Part shown: one piece after another, positions 14,147 to 29,319 of the stretch | How positions within the stretch are numbered: the stretch's first letter is position 1 | How the letters are laid out: every line of letters begins with the position of its first letter | NCBI RefSeq assembly: GCF_009914755.1 | Contig: NC_060936.1 | Direction: 5' to 3' (one strand) | DNA length: 64,000 nucleotides | DNA from: the human T2T-CHM13v2.0 reference genome, Homo sapiens | The notes under the pieces: generated by a model | Seen by the model: only the letters and a program-made list of their open reading frames with translations | Database searches by the model: none | What the model was told of the DNA's origin: nothing | Made by a program: the position numbers and the translations under genes

Positions 14147-15094
14147 TTTGTTATGTACATGTCCTGTGGAACACTGGGTCTTCAAAATAGATCAAGATGT
14201 TTTGCTGCTAGTAAATTTATTCCCAATTTATAGGAAGTACATCTAAAACTAACATATCAAATTCTCAGTTTGAATTTTTCTTCAATTTTAAAATTTCTTA
14301 GTACCTTAATCTTTTCCTGGGACTTTAATCTAAAGAAATAAAGCAGGAAAAAAGGATGTATGAAAATAGTCATGGTAGCATTATTTATACTGTAATAAAA
14401 ATTAAACAACCTAAATGTCCAATAATAGAGAAATATTTAAGTGATGTAATATATTCCCTTGTCACAATATTATGTAGAAAGTTAATTTATGTTTAAATTA
14501 ATAGTGGGGGTTTATATTAATGTGAAAAATGTTTCATGAATTACAGATGTATTTCTACAGAATAATCACACCTATGAAAAATTAACCAATTAACTAAAAA
14601 TAATGCACGGAAAAGTAAAGAGAGAACAACTGAAATTTTAATAAAGGTTTTCTTTAGTTAGAGAAACTCTTAACTGTAATAGTGAGTATCAATAGATAGC
14701 ACAACAAATAATTTTCAATAGAATAGTTATTAATAACTGATGGCAGTGTTTTTGATCTGGGTACATGTATGGGTAGTAATATATGTGCTATAATATAACA
14801 ATATTTTCTGCTTGCAATTTTTTTCTTAATACCTGCGATGGAATTAAATGTATTCAAATTTCGTTTGTTCTGCAAAGGGCATCCTGTTCCACAGAGTCTT
14901 GCAGCTTCCAGGTGCTTTGCCTAATAAAGAAATTTAAAGGCCATGGAGGTGCTTATTTCATAAGAACTGTAACAATTCAGATCTTCTTTGCTTAGCCAAG
15001 TCATATGTGAGGATTTTGGACCTTTTATCTTTTCACACTGGAAATGATGGAATTTCACCCCATCATTAAAAAGACCTCTGTATATTAACATCAC

Positions 15095-15335
15095 AATCAC
15101 TTACATTTATTGAACATATTTTGTGTGGCAGACAGACACAGCACTTTACAAAAGCCTTAACTAATGTAATCTTCACAATATTGCTATGAGGAAAGCACTA
15201 TTATTTTCCTTCTCACTTTACAGCCGAGGAAATGGAGGCACAAAGAAGTTAAATAAACTTGAGGGTGCCTAGCATATATGTGAAGCCTATGGTTGAGATT
15301 CCAACCCTGGCATTTTTGACCCTAGAGTCCACTAT
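15095..15335 (-). mobile_element. MIR
   Basis: Antisense MIR core ttacagccgaggaaatggaggcacaaagaagttaa. Confidence 0.75.
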
Positions 15336-15719
15336 ATTGTACTGACTTTCCTATAATATCACATTGCTTAAAATCTGACTAAGTTTTAAAATAACAGCTC
15401 TTTCTTTTTTTTTGTTGTTTCCTTTATTCTTTGCATTATGAGAATGGTATCCATGGTGGTCAAAGATTTATGGAGTAACTTCTATTTTTTTACTGAGAGA
15501 TTCTTCTATAAAGAAACATGTTTCTGAGATTTTCCAGAAAATAAATGGTAACAAAATAATTTGCAAAAAGGAGTTTACATTAATAAGACCAGCAATCTTT
15601 GTATATGTTATGTTTTCTTTCTGTATAGGTATGCAAATCTATATTTCTCTACTATTACAAAATAATAGGTTAAACCTTAGGCCCTAGCTCATTACACCCT
15701 GTCCTCTTGATTGCAAGGC

Positions 15720-16270
15720 AATTCATTGCAACATTTTATTTAGGGCTACGTTGCAGTGAGTACTATGTTAAATTTGTGGCTACTGCAATAAATAGCACAA
15801 AGCCGTATCCTCAAGGAATTCATAGACTAGTGGCAGTGATAGACATTTGCCCACCGTTCATCCAGTGATCCAATAGGAGCCTGACACAGTGTTGTGTTCT
15901 GCAACTCACAAGACAAGAAACTCAGAATGACAAAATAAGACATAGTCTCTGGTCTCAAGGAGATTTAAATAATTAGAATACAATATGATGATTACCAATG
16001 GGTTGCATAGGAGATGTCTGGTAGCATTGGGAATGGACAAGAAAGGCTTCAGGGAGGAGACGATATTTGAATTCAGTCTTAAAGGATGAGTAGTTACCTC
16101 CCTTGTGGTCAAATTGGGAACAGAGTGCCAGAAAGAAAAATTATATTACTAAGCAGAGGCATAGTAAGCTAGGAGAATCTGGGGATGTTATGGGAGTATA
16201 AGCAGTTAAATATGGTTAGACTGTAAGAACATTTTGGGAGTAATAGAAAATGAGGCTAGAGTAATAGAAA
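15720..16270 (-). mobile_element. L2 fragments
   Basis: cctcaaggaattcatagactagtgg; aaggcttcagggaggagacgatatttgaattcagtcttaaaggatgagtag. Confidence 0.6.
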
Positions 16271-17559
16271 GGGCTCATGCCATGCATAATTCATATTTAC
16301 TTTGCCATAATAATTTATTATACCATATATGGCCAGTACATATAAAAAACACACAGACTGTCTTGCTCATGGTATGGAGATTGTTTGACCCTAAATTATT
16401 TTTTTTTTGAAATTTGTGCTCTTGAGGAATAGTCAGCTTATGTATAGGTATATGTACTTTTATCTTATTGTTTGAAAGATCTGGGTGATTTGGCAAAAAC
16501 CACATAAACCATTCCGGGATTTTTATGTTACATTATAAGAAAAAAATTCATATGTTTGAGATTTATATATATATTTTTAAAGAATACAATTCTGTCTACT
16601 GAGAACATTCTGATCAGCTAAAGAGATTTTTCTTACAATTCTAAACAATTACAATAATTAAATATTTTGTTCAGGTATCATGTGTTATTTTGGTTTTCTC
16701 TCCAACCATCTCTGGTATTGCTTTTTAGATTATTAAAATCACTTGCATGTGTTATGACCTCGAGCCATGGTTCTTTTTAGAGGTGACATTTTCAATGTAT
16801 TTGTAATATCATTTGCTGTTTTACTTGCATTTTGTTTTTCTTATTATCAAGCTGCCTATTTCTTATTTGCAAGTCAAGAGCCTTTTCTCTAAGCAGGTTT
16901 GCACTTTTTATGTGCCTAAGACAGAAAAACTGCTAAAATTAAAAAACATTCAAAGGTGAGTTGAGTTCAATTACTCAGTACTTTTGAGTTATTATACTTC
17001 CTTTTCAACTCCAGGAAGCTTCTCAGCTTGATAAACAAGTAAAGATGGTTTTGTGGATCTTTTTTCTCTCAAAGGAAGTTTTTCCACACTACAGTCACTT
17101 AGAATGGGGTTTTAAATAGTTCAGATGGTGAAGTGCTTTGTCCATTTGGAACTACTTTCTGCATCTGAAATATTTTGAAGATGTCAGTGGGCATTTAATA
17201 AATATTGGGTGATTCGATAATTGACATTTTCCCCACTATTTATCTACTAAACTTCTCTGTGATTGAATATTCCAAACTCCCTACAAATTCAAGAAGCCTA
17301 CCCTGTATTGGATTTTTCTTCTCCCCAAAGCATAACTAGAATCTTCCAATTTGCTTCTAATTCACAATGGGACACCCTCAGAAACATTATCTGGGGAGAT
17401 TTTCTTCCTCCTTTTGTATTCTTAACTGCTTTCCTCCAGGTCGGTGTGTTGTAAGTGATACTAAGAAAAACAAGACACAATCCCATCTTCAAAGACCTTT
17501 GAATTGACTAGAAACTATTAACCAAGTAAATGTGGAACTCTATAATACACATTAAGTCC

Positions 17560-18330
17560 TAAAAGATAGGTGGAGGTTCAAGTGAAGAAAAAGATAACTT
17601 TTAAAACAAAGATCAGCTAAAATATGGGATTTTGTGGGTGTAGACTGTGTAGCAATGTCCTCCCAAGCAGAAGTGGAAAAATGAGACAGAAAAAGCATAG
17701 GAACTATTTGGAGGAACAGAAAACTAGTTTGGCTGGAATATTTGATTAGTGGAGAGTAATGGTAGAAAAGAAGGCTCAGAGAATAGCTTGGGGCCAGATT
17801 ATGGAGATTTAGAAAGCAAGGATTAGAGGGCAAGATTTAATATGCTAGGATAAAGTCAAGGAATTTGAACAGAGGAGTAGCCTGAACAAACATATGCATT
17901 TAGAACATTTGGCAGCAATGTGTCAGCAGACTTGGGTAGGAGAGATTCCTGGATTGGAGAGAGAGAAGATATATTGGTAGGAACTAATGAGGTTCTCAAT
18001 AAGAAAAATGGAAACACATTCTAGAGACATGTTGGTGGGGTTATCTACAGGACTGGCCCTGTTTGGACATGGTGGCATAGGGAGAGGAAGAAGCCAAGAA
18101 TAAACTCGAGATGTCCTTTGAGACCAGAAGAACAGTGAAGCTATGAAAAGAAATCACATTTCAGGAAGAGGAGTTGGTTTTTAAAGGATGTGTTGATCAT
18201 TTTAGTTTTGTATGTATAAAAATGGAGAATTCCAGCAAGTTTCAGGTATAAATTTAGAAACCATTAGCATAGATGGGCTGGTTGAAAGCGTAGAGAATGG
18301 TAAGGTCATGAGAGAGAAAGTAATTAAGAA
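17560..18330 (-). mobile_element. L2 fragment
   Basis: ggggccagattatggag, tttggcagcaatgtg, ttagttttgtatgt antisense L2 motifs. Confidence 0.55.
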
Positions 18331-19297
18331 AAACAGTTTCAAAAAGAAAATTTGGGAAAATGCAGTAAAAATAGAGAAATAGGCAAGTATCCTTGGAATT
18401 GAAATACACTGAGGTAAGAACTAACATGAAGGTAAAAAGAAGTTGCCATGGGAATCTGTCTGGATCTTTTAGGGTCAGAGAAAGCTTCCCAAAGGAAGGG
18501 AAGGCTAAGTTGATATTTGAAGCATAATTAGGGGTTTGCCAGAAAGGGAACTGAGTGAGAGATAGAATGCATTGTGGATTTAGGGAATGGGCTTATCAGA
18601 GAGCCCCAGGAAGTCCTCAGTCTCTTGTGAGGTTTCTCTCTGGGAATCTGATAACAAGGCCTATACATTCCTTTAGGCATAAATCTCTTATAACTCAGGT
18701 TATATTTTTTCCCCAAAGAAGCTCTCTGGCTCAGAAAGTCATTCTGTTCTAGAAGCTCTTGTACAATTCTGATCTCGCTTAATTCAAAACTGTACATCCA
18801 CGTTGTACTGCAAAGGCCTTTAAATTTATCTGGAGTTTTTGGATAATAAGCAAGGATTTTCATTAATAACTTCCACTATATTGGCTATAAGTAAAAATTT
18901 AAACCTATGTTTTATAGTTTCAGATCCTGTATTTTCTTTTAAACTTTTCTTGAAATATGCACTGTATCTAGAATTTCTTCCATGTCCATCCAGGGTTTCT
19001 TGGTTGGTTTTTCCATTGAACATTTGCTATGCTCTCTGACCATCTTCTGTTGTTTTTCTTTACATGTTAAGATGCATATCTTCTTTTATACTTATCAGCT
19101 CTTATAGCCTCACTAGAATCTTTAATATTTTGTAAGATATTTAAACTTATTTCATGATTCTATGAATAGTAACAAACATTGCTTAGGAATATTGTAATAG
19201 TAATACTAATACCAATAACGCCAAGTAGTAGTAATATGAATACTCCTAAAATAATTAGTACCGTAAATATCTGTTGAGTGTTAACTATTTTCTAGAG

Positions 19298-19640
19298 CTG
19301 CCCTGTTCAAAATAATAGCGACTAGTCATGTGGCTATTGAATACTTGAAAGGGGGCTAGACCAAGCTGAGATGTGTTACAGGTGTAAAATACACGAGATA
19401 TCAAAGATTTTGTAGAAAAAATGTAAAATGTCTCAATAATTTTTAATATTGATTGCATGCTGAAATAATGCTGTAGATATATTGGATTTAAGATATACAT
19501 TATTAAAGTGAATTGCCTCTGCTCTTTTTAACCTTTTATAATCCTCATATATGTTTTTTTAAATGTGGCTACTGGAATATTTATAATTATACATGTGGCT
19601 TACATTTGTGGCCAGCATTGTATTTTACTGGATAGCACTG
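19298..19640 (-). mobile_element. MER33-like hAT-Charlie MITE inserted in a MIR
   Basis: ctgccctgttcaa...actggatagcactg termini; actagtcatgtggctattgaatacttgaaa core; degenerate 8-bp TSD ttctagag (19290-19297) / ttttaggg (19641-19648) fits the Charlie NTCTAGAN target. Confidence 0.75.
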
Positions 19641-19649
19641 TTTTAGGGC

Positions 19650-19790
19650 ATGTTTGTAAAGTTTAACACAAGTTGTCCCTCTTTAAACTCCACACCTACT
19701 CCTGTGGGGTAGATATTATTATTCCCATGTTATAGATGCAGAAACTGAGGTCTCATCACAGTTAACTAAATATGTGGTAGATAAGAGATC
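19650..19790 (-). mobile_element. MIR (continues left of the MER33 at ~19255-19290)
   Basis: tattattattcccatgttatagatgcagaaactgagg core. Confidence 0.75.
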
Positions 19791-22212
19791 TCTTTAGTCT
19801 CTTGTCTTAAGTAGGAGGCTGTTTTATTAGACGGAATAAATTGTTGTTAGTCTGAGAAGTGCACATTTTAGAATTTGCTTCTGTCTTTGCTTTCTTAGCA
19901 ACTTTTTCATTTAGTATATGATACCTGAGATTGCCTTCATTATCACAGTCAGTGTTACAGGTGCAGAACCTTTTACATAGGTGTGCACTGTCCAAATGAA
20001 TTATGCATACCACAATATATGACGTATACCAGAATGTGTGATATATATCAAACTAGGTTCAAATGCAAGGCGAGGTAACTACCTGCATGTGGAAGTTCTT
20101 GTGGAAACTAAATGGAAGGACCCCTTTTAAATTCTACCCCAGTTAGAATTTAACGCATGTGTGCAGGCAGGAATATTGCCAATACTTTGTGATCCATTGG
20201 GATAAAAACTTGATACCAGTTGGGTTTCTAGCTTCTTCAGTTTCTAACTGGAGCTTGGTGTTCTCATTTCCCAGTAGAGCCCAGGTGGTGCTTCTATTTA
20301 ATGAATTGTAGGAAGCTCCTTTGGGTCTAACTTTATAATTATTCTGCCCTTGCATGGAAATGAGTCTTAGAGAAGTCTTGCTTCCATTTTTTAAATAAAG
20401 TCACTTGTTTAATTTCTTTTTTTTATTCAAATGTTATCATTCCTACAGCTGTCCCCTAAGATGGAAAAATTTGTAGACTACCCTCAGGAGAATCTTGATT
20501 CCTTTCTGCCCTTGACATGTTATTTTCATCCAGAGGCTCCTGAAACAGCCACCGTTGTATTCAGAGCCTGGGAGATTGTGTTTTCTTTTCATTTGTCCCA
20601 CATTTACCTCTTCGAGTGTTAAGAGTGCCCTGATATGTGGTTAAATCATTCATCTACTCATGTATTATTAATGTCAATATAAACAGTTGAACATCATGTA
20701 CTGGCTTGTACTCTATCCCTGGAGATCAGAATGAACCAGCTTTTTATATTTCAGATTCAGTAGAAGGTGTTTTTCAGGTTCTCTCAGGGAGTTTTGGTCT
20801 ATTGATGTCAGTTCTATCCTAAGGCACATTTAAAAAACTATTAATATTATAACACATAAAAGGCAATGATGCTTGGTTGAAATTTTGTTTAAGGGATGTT
20901 AATATGTGTTTTAAAATATTTACAATTTTTTTTTCTTGGAACACTTGTATTTCCTTAGTCAAGCATGCACTATTATAACTAAATTTCTCAACAATTCTGA
21001 AGTTTTAGCAACCATTTGTAATACTTTATAAAATAATTTATGTAACAAGCGTATATGTAGCATTTTGTCTATGCCAAGTACTGTTCCAATGGAATTAGGA
21101 AATATTAACTCACTAGTGCTGTGATTAAAAGATGCAAATATGTATATCCTGGGGACTTGAATGAATCATTTAAAAACTAAGCATATTCTCAGATATAAAA
21201 TGTTGCTTACTATCTATTTAGTTAATAAGTATGATTTTTATTGTTTAGAAACGTGCAAAAACATAACATAGCACTGACTATATTTGAGGATCTAAGTTTT
21301 TATAAAGATTGAAAACTTTTACCTGTGAAACCATCTACCTATCCATCCATTCATCTGCCTGTTCATTTATTTATTGATTAATAATTTAGGATACTTTTTA
21401 CTTCAAAAGAGGTTTTAATTAAGTTTGTGGTGTTTGAATATATAAAGGAACAAATGGCTTAAACAGAATACCAATCATGATCAGAAATAATTTAGAAAGA
21501 GGAAAATATTTGTACTGGGATTTATAGAGAGATAGTCACAACAACTAAACCCTACATGTTTCTGTTCTCTTCCTCTTGACAGAAGGGAAACAACACAGGA
21601 TGAATCACAAGTTTTTTATAATAAGAAAAGCAAATATGTGTTCATCTGGAGAGACATTATTTTCTTGGTATTAAATTCTAGGAGAGCATTTTTGGTGGTT
21701 TCTCACATAAGGATGTCAAATAATAACATTTTAATTATGAGAACCAGTCTTCAAATGATATTACATGGTAACTCTAAAGACACTTTTATACTCGTAAACC
21801 ATGCTTACATAATCCAGGTACACTGTCTCAGTATTTAATAACTAGAAAGCATACATAACACCTAAAAAAGTAGGCAGAGCACAAATCCTGTAGGTGTTTA
21901 TGCTCTCCAACGTCACTGTTTTCAGTTGACCTCTAGCACACTCTTGAAGGCAACTGGTTTAAAGTAGTGCTTCTTGACTGGTGATTATACTTTGTTCCAT
22001 TGCTTGGAGGAATTCAATATTTGACAGATAGTTGATATGCATTCTGCAACATGGAATGATGCTGTGATATCTGTCCCTACAAGGGTTAGTACTTCCAAGG
22101 TCCTATTCTCCCTGATTTCAAAGATGCCTCTCCATGTGTTCCACAGTACCAGAAACAAATTTTATCATAGCACTTGTTATGGAGGGGGTTTTAATTTAAA
22201 TTTGATTTTATT

Positions 22213-22656
<444 letters not shown>

Positions 22657-23459
22657 TTACCACTGATTGGTATTTCCTTCAAGACAAAGGACCATGCCCA
22701 ACAGAGATCTGAAGAGAACCAATAACAATGTTCTGTAACATATTTTTGGGTTCTAGGATAATTTTATGTGGCTACTTTTCAAATTTTCAGTAATTGCAGA
22801 TAAAGTCAGATTCAGCCAGCAGGCTGATCAGTGGTATAATATTTTGAATGAGATTCTGTTCCTCAGTTTTTGAGCATCAAATAACTTATTTGTCATGATT
22901 TCTAGTAAAGTTTAGTTTTTTCTTGTCAAATTCATAGAAGATGGATTTGTAATTTATGAATCTAAATGCCAGTTTATTGATTTACAAAAGGGATATCTTT
23001 AACGGGAAAACAGAATTATTGGTGGCATGGGGCTCCCCTTTCTAGAAAGAGTTTCAAATAAATTACAAGTTAGAAGATTGCATGATAAACAAAAGCAGAA
23101 AATGATTTTGGATGCTCATGAAGCTATGTATATCTGGGCTATGGTAGCCAAGTGGATCACCCTTTTTGACTTGAAAGGCATTTTTGTCTAAGAAGCTGCT
23201 CTGGTCCATTGGCTAACTGATGTTTTTGGTGAAGAGATCCTGAACACAGATCTAGCTGATGTTAACAGGTGTACCATGAAAAAGTAGTTTCATGATGAAA
23301 TAAATCTAAGAAAAAAAAGGCAAACTATAGACTCTTCTTTGAGATTAACAGTTGACAATAAGAATCCTTCCATAAAGAAATTGTTTCACTTCATTTTACC
23401 TAGGTTTCATTGAAGAACTGGAATATTAGGGCAATTATTCTTGGCCCACCTGTAGACAT

Positions 23460-23800
23460 GTATTCAACAAAAATTTATGGAGTAATGATTGTGGCAGACA
23501 CTATGCAAGGTATCCAGGAGATACAGATCTGAAATAAACCAACATGGCCCACAGTTTCCCAGCACTAGCAATGTAGTGGTAGGGATGGAGAGTCAATAAA
23601 GAAGGAAGCACAAAACCAAAAAGTTATGACAATTTGTGATATGTCATATAAAGGAACTAAACAAGATACTAAGATTCTGAATCACGGGAGGGAACCCAGT
23701 TTTGTTGCTGCAGATCAAGTACAGTGTATATAAGGAGGTGAAGTTTAAATTGTGTAGTGTGTAAACTGTGAAGGTGGAGGAAGTGCTAGCCACAGAGAGT
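23460..23800 (-). mobile_element. L2 3' fragment
   Basis: tattcaacaaaaatttatggag...tgtggcagacactatgcaagg. Confidence 0.55.
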
Positions 23801-24932
23801 AAAGAGGATTTAGACAGAGGGAATATTAAATTCAATCAAAGAGTTTTCAGTGAAAATGAAGCCAGAAAACCCTGCCTTTTGTATATTTAGAACCATATGG
23901 GGTTCCTGTTTGTTGATGGTCCTCTGGGGGAAGAGTTAAATTTCATCCTGGGAGTGTCAAACAAATTCAGGTCCCCCAGAAGGACTTGAAAAAAGTCATG
24001 TCTACCACCTCTTGCTTGTAAGTAAGGATATGAAGAATGCTTTCCTAGATGCCCCTGAAAAAAGGTCATCCTAACTTTTATGTCCAGTTTTTCCTAGGTA
24101 TGCATCTCCCCAGAATGCAGGATTTTTCCCTGGAGTGCGGTCACTTGGTAAATATACTTTAGTTCTGGGACCTAAGTTTTCCCTTTTTAATCCTCTTACC
24201 CCAAATATAGGTTTTACCTTCCCACATTCTATAAATTAATTTCCTTTTATTGACCCGATGTTAGTAACAATGCAACCTTCCTGCATGGATGCAAAGAACA
24301 TAATGCAATGACAGTTTCCATGGTAATAACCTGGCTTCATTGTGTGTTGTAGGTTCCTTTGCTGCCAGGTCTGAGTGGTCCCCTTCAGCTCTAGCTTCCC
24401 TCTTATTCTGGTATGCAGCCCAGGTGACCTGAATGACTGAATGCAAGGTGGCCAATTCTCCCCAAATGACTTCAAAAGCTCGAGTGCTCTAGTTTTGCAG
24501 CTCATTTTAAACACCTCACTGACACCTCAAGGAAAATTGCCTCTCGTCTTTTATCTGGCCTCTCAACTTCTTCAGTCACAGGCAAGCAGGAAGTGGACAA
24601 CTGATCTTCTGCTGTCCAAAGTTGAAGCTACATCAGAAGGAAGAAAGGTTGTGGTTGGCAATAGCTCCATTTTGAAGATTTCAGAAAGGTCAAGAGTGGG
24701 GAGAAGAGACAATACAATGAACATTTAGAGGTGTGTCTTCAGGTCAAGTTCAATTCTGCTACTTTAAAAAGTTTTCAGGGCTGTGAAAAGAAGTTCTGGA
24801 GAAGCAAAATCAGCATTACTGGGAGGGAAAAAAACTTACTTCTCCCCTCCAAACGATGGGTAATTTCTTCTTGTCTAGAAAGAGCACTCTTCCTCGGGTT
24901 ATATCGGTTGAAATCTATAACCTTAGTTATAA

Positions 24933-25368
<436 letters not shown>

Positions 25369-25539
25369 TAAGGACTTCAGACAGAAATGTTTCTAAAGTT
25401 TACCGTTTTCATAATATTATGCATTATAAATTACCATAAAAATAATTGCTATTATTTTATTATAAAAACAAAAATAATTTAACTTCAAACATATTATGTG
25501 ACAAACACACATATGAAAACAAGAGGCACTCATAATTTT

Positions 25540-25946
25540 ATTTTATTTTATGTATTTTATGTATTTATTTTGGTTTTAAGGAGCAGAGAGTTTAACAGGC
25601 AAGAAGGAAGGAAGAAGGCAGAAGGAAGAAGCTCCCTTGTACAGAGACAGAGGGAGGGGGGTTCCAAAGCCGAAAGAGGAAACCCCACCTGCCACAGATA
25701 CCAGCAGGGTACATGAAGAGGCTGGAGGAGGCTGTGTTTGATTTGCATAGCGCTCAGGGGATTAGTTTGACCAGGTATGTCATTCACGTAGCCTGCGAAA
25801 AAACTGGTCCTCCCACCCTAGCCTTTTAATATGCAAATGAAGGGTGCCATGATGTTTTACAAACGTGGGGATATGTGTGGGCAGCCAGGTCGCCAGGCAT
25901 AGGTGGGGCAAGGGTAAGAAGAAGAGGGCAGGAATCACCATGTTTG
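25540..25946 (-). mobile_element. LTR9-like (ERV1) U3-R fragment with A-rich tail and 17-bp TSD; L1-mediated retrocopy
   Basis: Minus strand catttgcatattaaaaggctagggtgggagg...ctatgcaaatcaaacacagcctcctcc...gcctgttaaactctctgctcct resembles LTR9 from memory; ends ~20 nt after the poly(A) signal in an A-rich tail; TSD 25523-25539 / 25947-25963. Confidence 0.7.
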
Positions 25947-26504
25947 GAGACACCCATAATTTTAACTGCCATCTTCTCTGTTTCAATATCTTAACTGTTC
26001 TAAACATACCTAAACATGCCAGAAAGTGGCAAAGGGGCACATGGAATTTTCTCATAAATCAGCTGCCTAGTTTCTTGGTCCGCATGGATTGTGTATTACC
26101 TCTCCCAATATGCTCTTTTGGCTTAATAACCCTGCTTGAGGCTGCTTATCTTGATTCTGGCATGGCAAAACGTATAAGGGTATTGATCTAGGTAATTTCC
26201 TTCTGCTCTGTTCACTGAACCCACAGCTTCTCTGTATGCAGCCCAAACACGGAGGAGACCACCAGCTCCCCAACAGCTATCTTGGAAAGAACTTGCACAA
26301 ATACCACTGACTCCATTTCTAAAAATCTTTATGAAAAATTATAGTTTCCAAGATTGTTTCTTATCTTGTAGATAGCAGTTTTATGTTGATACATCAGGTG
26401 TCTTTATAAAATGAGGATCACTTCATAAAGTGATCCTTAGATATCAAAATATGCTGATCTTCATCTAATCTTCTCAATCGTGTGGTAATTTTGTTAATCT
26501 TCGG

Positions 26505-26829
26505 TTTGGGGTCTCAGATTCAAAGCCCTAGAGTGCCCAGGCAAGTAAAGCCAGATGCAAAGGGCCACGTTAGTACAATAGGAAATGGTGGGGACTTCAG
26601 TGACAGGAAGTGCACGTGCTCCAATTGAAGGGTTCAGCCTCCAGTTAGCTAGAGGTAGTAAGTGATTGGTGAGCAGCTAGATGTTGCACCTTTACAGTGA
26701 AACTGAAGGCTTAATATTTTGTGTGAAACATTTTATTTTAAAATACCAATAACATTCATTTTTTTGTTTCGTTTTAGCAAATTGGGTGAAAAAAATTTTA
26801 GGCCATGAGCTGTTTGTTTGTAGTCTCTG
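26505..26829 (+). mobile_element. MER102-like hAT-Charlie remnant
   Basis: acaataggaaatggtggggac...tttgtgtgaaac...gtttgtagtctctg resembles MER102 from memory. Confidence 0.5.
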
Positions 26830-27014
26830 AGCTAGAGAATAGAGATTGTGGACTTGTCCTTAGTGACTCTTATTTTGGAATTTGTCCACCACCCTGGGGT
26901 CTTTAGTTGTAAAGACATTTCTGAATTTGTGTTAAATGAAGAAAACCTAGACACTAGAATCATGAAATGCAGAAACGCTTAAAACCAGAAGACTGCAAAA
27001 TTTAACAAATGACC

Positions 27015-27296
27015 TTTTTTTTGAGACTGAATCTCGCTCTGTCGCCCAAGCTGTGGGGCAATCTCCGCTCACTGCAAACTCCGCCTCCAGGTTCAAGCGA
27101 TTCTCTTGCCTCAGCCTCCTGAGTAGCTGGGATTACAATTGCGTGCCATCGCGTCTGACTAATTTTTGTATTTTTAGTAGAGACGGGATTTTGTCGTGTT
27201 GCCCAGGCTGGTCTTGAGCTCCCAGGCTCAAGCTATCCAAATGCCTTGACCTCCAAAAGTTCTGGGGATTACAGGTGTGAGCCACAGTGCCCAGCC
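27015..27296 (-). mobile_element. Alu (old S/J)
   Basis: Both monomers; flanking a(a/t)caaatg(a/g)cc TSD. Confidence 0.9.
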
Positions 27297-29319
27297 ATCA
27301 AATGGCCATTTTTGAAAGTGGAAAATCTTCTCTGAAACTTATGTTCATATTAGCATTGTTTATGGGATCATTCACTAAGAATCTTGTATTGAGGTGCAAG
27401 CCACTCTGACAGGAGCCTTGTGTTGGAAATCATGCAGTGATGACTTTTCATCATCTGCAAATCATACAAAGATTAGCTTCTTCAGATTATACATATTAAC
27501 TTTAAAATGGGAACCTCTATACATACTGTATGAATGCTGATGACCAGAAGAAATGGCCTGAATTTTATGAAACATAAATATGGTAAAATTATAGAATTAT
27601 AGAAGGATTATTATTAGAGCAAAGAGCAGCAAATATGTATCAAGGAAAACAAATTATAAGACTTTATTGTAACTTACCATTTTTTTTAATGCATGTTTCT
27701 GAGGTGCTAGATCTCTTATAAGGAAGCCAGGGTCTTCGTGCTTTTGCGAGCATTTATGTGTGTATGTGATTAAGTGAGTGCATGTTTCTGTCTTCTTTAG
27801 TTTATAATACACCAATTCTTAGTTATTTATATTGTACCAAATTCTTATATCTTCTTAGTATCGCTAAACTAAGATTGAGAACATTTAGAGTATTCATGTT
27901 TGGCCAGTGGCAATTAAGAAACTAACTCTGTCACCATATTTTCAGTAAAATATAAGCATAAAATATCCAAGGTATTTAAGAAATTTTTTTATTACAAAGA
28001 AAATGTTGCATTAAAAAGTTACTGCATTTGAATAGTTTTCAGCAACTATTTTAACATTGATAATGAAGTCCTAGCCTTTATTAACACATGTTGGTCTGAG
28101 GTCATTAGAAATAAGATATATGTGAGAGTGAATTTCAATCCGTAGTCTCATCAAAGTGATGAATTCTGCATTAATGGTCTTATTTAACTCTTGTAATTTT
28201 TCAGCAGAAAGGCACTAGATGATCTTGCCCACATTCTGTAATAATGAGTTTCATTTACATGTCTTTCTCTGAGAAGATGAAATGATTACATTGAGAAGTA
28301 CTATAAAAAGGATTCAAATCACCTGGAAAGCAAATTCTTAGTCAATTATAACAGACTTGATGACAACCTGCTATATGCCACATAGTTGTGCTTATAGTTC
28401 ATTTAAAATAATAAACTTCTATAATTTGAGGTAATTTTTATGAAAATATTCAAAACAATTATTAATGCCATGATGTTTGTCTTTAATATTTTTCTATCAT
28501 GGGCAGTAAAAATAAGTTTGGGCATTTTAATTTCATGTTTTAAACCAAGTAACCTGAAACTACTTGTAAAATTAATAATAAGAAATGATTGAAACTTAGA
28601 GTAGTTGAAGTGTATGTGGCCTGTTGAAAAATTAATAATGAATTTGTGAAGATTAATGACAGGGAAGAATGAGAAACTTTATACAAGAGAAATCTTTATT
28701 ATCTTGTATATAGCATTAAAAGTTTGGCTTTCGTATCTCACTAGAGCTGGTAACTGGGAAGTAGTTAATGGTTTATTTTTGGGGTAGAGGTATATCACCC
28801 AAAGTCACTCTGGTTTTACCTGTATTTATGTCATATTTGAAAGACATAAAGTCTTTTTTTACTTAAAACATTTGGTTTTCACATCAATGATTTGAAATAT
28901 GTACGGGGATCTATTTGTATTCTTGTTTTACAAATGAAGAGTAAGATTTGTATACAGCTAGTAAGTAGTAGAGCCAAGTCTCAAACCTATGCCTTTAGAT
29001 TCCAAGTTCAATTCTCTTTCAAGGGATTTGAAGTATTTGCCCAATATTATTTCCAAGAACAGTCAATTATTAGCTCAGATTGGGCTCCAACTCATGTCTT
29101 TTGACAAAATGTAAATTCCAAATTTCTCTTCTCCAGTATCCCACACTTTTTTGGCATTCTTCTATAATGCTAAGGCTTTAGTTTTATAAATTATAATAAA
29201 TTAATATGCCTCTGTCTGTAGGTCTTAGGTTTCCCTTGGGTAAAATCATGACATTGGGACTTTTGATTTTCTAAGCCTCCTCCAGCAATCTAGTGTAGGG
29301 TGTACTTGAATAAAAGATA

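Noticed and set aside
26414-26437. 10-bp stem hairpin aggatcactt-cata-aagtgatcct
   Set aside because: Too short to distinguish from chance, with no supporting context
28205-28240. Possible terminal coding exon (cag|...KALDDLAHIL*)
   Set aside because: Frame compatibility with upstream candidates was found post hoc and the peptide is unrecognised
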